A stretch of 64,000 bases of DNA from Granulicella sp. GTDB taxonomy: Bacteria; Acidobacteriota; Terriglobia; Terriglobales; Acidobacteriaceae. The stretch is from contig DAHWNL010000039.1 of assembly GCA_027339965.1 (NCBI GenBank), positions 37,073 through 101,072 on the forward strand, written 5' to 3'. The first letter of the stretch is position 1, and each line of letters opens with the position of its first letter. Positions 61,483 to 64,000 of this stretch are shown here, piece after piece. The notes beneath the pieces are model-generated. The model saw only the letters and a program-made list of their open reading frames with translations. It had not been told where the DNA came from and did not search any database. Both the position numbers and the translations under genes were made by a program.

Positions 61483-63579
61483 TCAGGGATGCACCGGTTC
61501 AATCCGAAGATGGATCTCGCCAGTCTCTTCCAGAGGACACCAGACAACGAGGCTCCGACTTTCGATGTTGGAGGTGGCTCCGGTTCTGATGGAAGAGTCG
61601 ATCTGAGCGTGACCAAGGACTTTTACCTTTGCAGCGCCTTTCCAGTTTTCAATGACCAATGCTGGATTGACAAGTGGGGAGGCCTGGCTGCCCCGTAACG
61701 TAACCTCGAACGCAGACTCTGGAGCACCCGCCGTCCTGCGCACCACATATGCTCGCTGGGCCGGATCGTACGCAATGCCCAGGACTGCCGGGCCCACAGC
61801 CGAAGCCGGGGCCGGAGAGAGCCAGGATCTCGCCAGCTCCACCAAATGATGCGGTCCATCTGCCGTAAGACCCGTCATGAGCAGCTTGGTCTCTGTGTGT
61901 TGCGTGCTCCTGTAGTCTCCCCAGTAAATGTCAGAGAGAGAGGTGTGTGATGGGCGGTCCGGCTCCATTGCCGGCCTGCCGCTGGAGGCGATTTGGGAGA
62001 CCGGCCAGTGATTCCACCACTCAAACATCGAGTAGCTGCGTTCACTGCCGTAAACATGCCAGGTTACGCCACCAGCCGGATTTACAATCTCAAACGGCTT
62101 GTATTGCGACTTGAGATTCACCAGTTGAATATTCGCATTTGCCGGCTGGTCAAGCTTCTTCGGCCCCCTCGGATAGTCAAAGGAAGTTGTAACCTTCGGT
62201 ATCCAGTGGTAGGTGTGCGTCTGGCCTTGCAGGTTGGCCAAGGTAAGGGCATCGGGTTGGATGTCGTCTTCTGGGCGCTTTCCGGGATTGTGCAGGTCGA
62301 TCGTCTCCTGCCACTCATAGTCTTTGGTATTGGGAGACGTGTGCCACAGTGTCTGCTTGCGCACAGCAACTCCATCTGGATAGATGGTCCATTGCTCCTC
62401 AACCCAATCGCCCCAGCCGGTGTCTGGATCCGGGTCAGCTTCGGCATAGGCACGAGTCTCCACCAGCGCATAACGCCATCGCACCACCGCGCGGGCAGGA
62501 GAAGACTCAAGAATGCTTACGCGCGAGCTTCGGTCCTGCTTGTCGGACATCGGCTCGCAGTCCTCGCCGCCGGTACACAAGGGCTTTCCCCAGGTTTCCA
62601 CGGACTGCTCGTTGTACCACTTTCCATTCTCGGTCACCCATGCGGGCATATAATTCAGGCCTTCCCAGAAGACCAGCCGCATGGGCGACTGTTCAAACCG
62701 GACAACCACATCCGAGTCGGGACCGAAGCGGCGCAGCCGGTCCCACGAAGGTTTGAACTTGAGGGTCGCGTAGAACGCACCAAAGCGGCCCGCACCCGGC
62801 GGCCCGGAAGGCATCACCGCATAGGGAATCACATCCTTTTGGCTTACGTGCGTATCTTGAAATTCCGCTGCTTCCTCAGACGCCGACCGTGCGCCGGGTT
62901 CTATCGAGACGTCATCCAGATAGCCCTCGATGGAGTAGAAGACGGCATCATGGGGATGAATGAGCCACGACGGAAATGGCAACGTCGCCGTGCGCACGCG
63001 GCCTACGATCAAGCTCACATCCTCCGCGGGAAAGAACGGGCCGCTGGTCTTGAGCGATCCTGCCAGCTTGCCATCGACATACAGCTTCATGCCTTGTCGG
63101 GAATCAAAAGTGGCCGAGACTCGAGACCATCTCTTGAGCGGCAACCGCTGCGCTGCGGTAATGTGCTGCCAGACGCCGTTCACATCCATCCCAAATCCGG
63201 GATGGCCAAACGCATCGATCTCGACCACGTAGCCCACCTGATGGTCGAGCTCGTTGTCAACAATTGGCACCCAATTCCAGGGGTAATCATCCAGTGCCAC
63301 CCAGGCCGACACCGTGAAGGACTGCCCGAGCTTGGGTGCCTTGCCGGCCGGCCTCACAATCGCGGTCGTGTATCCATCCATCGACAGAGCCTCTCCGGAT
63401 ACGCCGGGGACAAAGGCAAAGTAGCCTTGAATCGGGTCGTCCATGCCGCCTATCGAGTCGTGTACTGTGCTTCCTGAGTTTTCATCAAACTTCCAAAGAA
63501 TGCCGGTCTGCTGACCTCCAGCCGCTATCGCCATGCCCAAGATCGCGCAACTGAAAGCGTAAACGTGCGCCCGTCTCAT
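61483..63579 (-). CDS. Secreted LamG domain protein, paralog of 47420..49558
   Basis: Signal peptide, WKFDE, MDGYTT, FTVSAWV, LYVDG; AAGGAGG RBS. Confidence 0.85.
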   Translation of the reverse strand: MRRAHVYAFSCAILGMAIAAGGQQTGILWKFDENSGSTVHDSIGGMDDPIQGYFAFVPGVSGEALSMDGYTTAIVRPAGKAPKLGQSFTVSAWVALDDYPWNWVPIVDNELDHQVGYVVEIDAFGHPGFGMDVNGVWQHITAAQRLPLKRWSRVSATFDSRQGMKLYVDGKLAGSLKTSGPFFPAEDVSLIVGRVRTATLPFPSWLIHPHDAVFYSIEGYLDDVSIEPGARSASEEAAEFQDTHVSQKDVIPYAVMPSGPPGAGRFGAFYATLKFKPSWDRLRRFGPDSDVVVRFEQSPMRLVFWEGLNYMPAWVTENGKWYNEQSVETWGKPLCTGGEDCEPMSDKQDRSSRVSILESSPARAVVRWRYALVETRAYAEADPDPDTGWGDWVEEQWTIYPDGVAVRKQTLWHTSPNTKDYEWQETIDLHNPGKRPEDDIQPDALTLANLQGQTHTYHWIPKVTTSFDYPRGPKKLDQPANANIQLVNLKSQYKPFEIVNPAGGVTWHVYGSERSYSMFEWWNHWPVSQIASSGRPAMEPDRPSHTSLSDIYWGDYRSTQHTETKLLMTGLTADGPHHLVELARSWLSPAPASAVGPAVLGIAYDPAQRAYVVRRTAGAPESAFEVTLRGSQASPLVNPALVIENWKGAAKVKVLGHAQIDSSIRTGATSNIESRSLVVWCPLEETGEIHLRIEPVHP

Positions 63580-63877
63580 GCTCCCTCCTTAACTTCAACT
63601 TCCCTCAAGCCAGCCAGAAGAATTGAGATCCTCGTATCGTATCCCTCGCATCTTCGCTGATCGGTCCTCGGCTCCAACGCCTGCCCAAATCCATCCATCC
63701 GACGACACGGCGGACCGGCCCTCATCCTGCCGCTCAGAGCTCCCCGCCGACCTCCTTGCGGTTCGTCCTTGACCACTCCGGCCTCTCTTCGGGATACCGA
63801 GGCCGCTCGCGTTCGAGTTTAGCGGAGAAGCAGCATCGCTGCGGCCTGCGGACAGGAGGTCCCGACTCATCCGAACC

Positions 63878-63911
63878 TTGACATCATCGACATCATACGT
63901 ATACTGTATAC
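63878..63911 (+). promoter_or_regulatory. Near-consensus sigma-70 promoter with overlapping operator-like repeats
   Basis: TTGACA-16 bp-TATACT; GACATCAT direct repeat; GTATAC-T-GTATAC palindrome. Confidence 0.55.
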
Positions 63912-64000
63912 ACTATTGTCGACTGGATTTCTGCCCTCTTTGCACTCCATCTTGCGCAGCGCACCAAGGTCCGATGCTCATCGAAAGACCACGCCAGGCA

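Noticed and set aside
61993..63477. 494 aa plus-strand ORF
   Set aside because: Antisense shadow of the LamG gene, whose reading frame is supported by its paralog.

Overview
Bacterial window that looks like an Acidobacteria (Acidobacteriaceae-like) chromosome segment. This is an inference from the Oar-type TonB-dependent receptor, the secreted TonB-C protein and the gene styles. Bases 1-21.3 kb are core genome: alaS (partial), DedA, a decayed EamA gene, M13 peptidase, rpsT, phoH-ybeY-hlyC-era, GNAT, a frameshifted TonB-C protein, ntrYX, an ABC-2 exporter, ald and mreB. After mreB, which is not followed by mreC, the rest is accessory. (i) TolC/MFP/RND efflux genes are followed by a secreted beta-propeller that closely resembles Acidithiobacillus tetrathionate hydrolase, then DUF2892, a methyltransferase and OsmC: a candidate sulfur-handling module. 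(ii) A cytochrome P450. (iii) A SusD-less carbohydrate locus: GH3+CBM6, GH63-like, an unassigned six-hairpin hydrolase, a TonB-dependent receptor, two paralogous LamG proteins, GH35, RhaT and an aldo/keto reductase. (iv) A three-gene, apparently fully exported caspase module (Tat protein, TPR protein, TPR-C14 peptidase) between IS remnants. (v) A nested element: an IS5 split by an IS66 relic that encloses IS1202-type and Tn3 fragments and an intact GH35 gene. No rRNA, tRNA or CRISPR array was seen. All family calls come from reading motifs, not from database searches.
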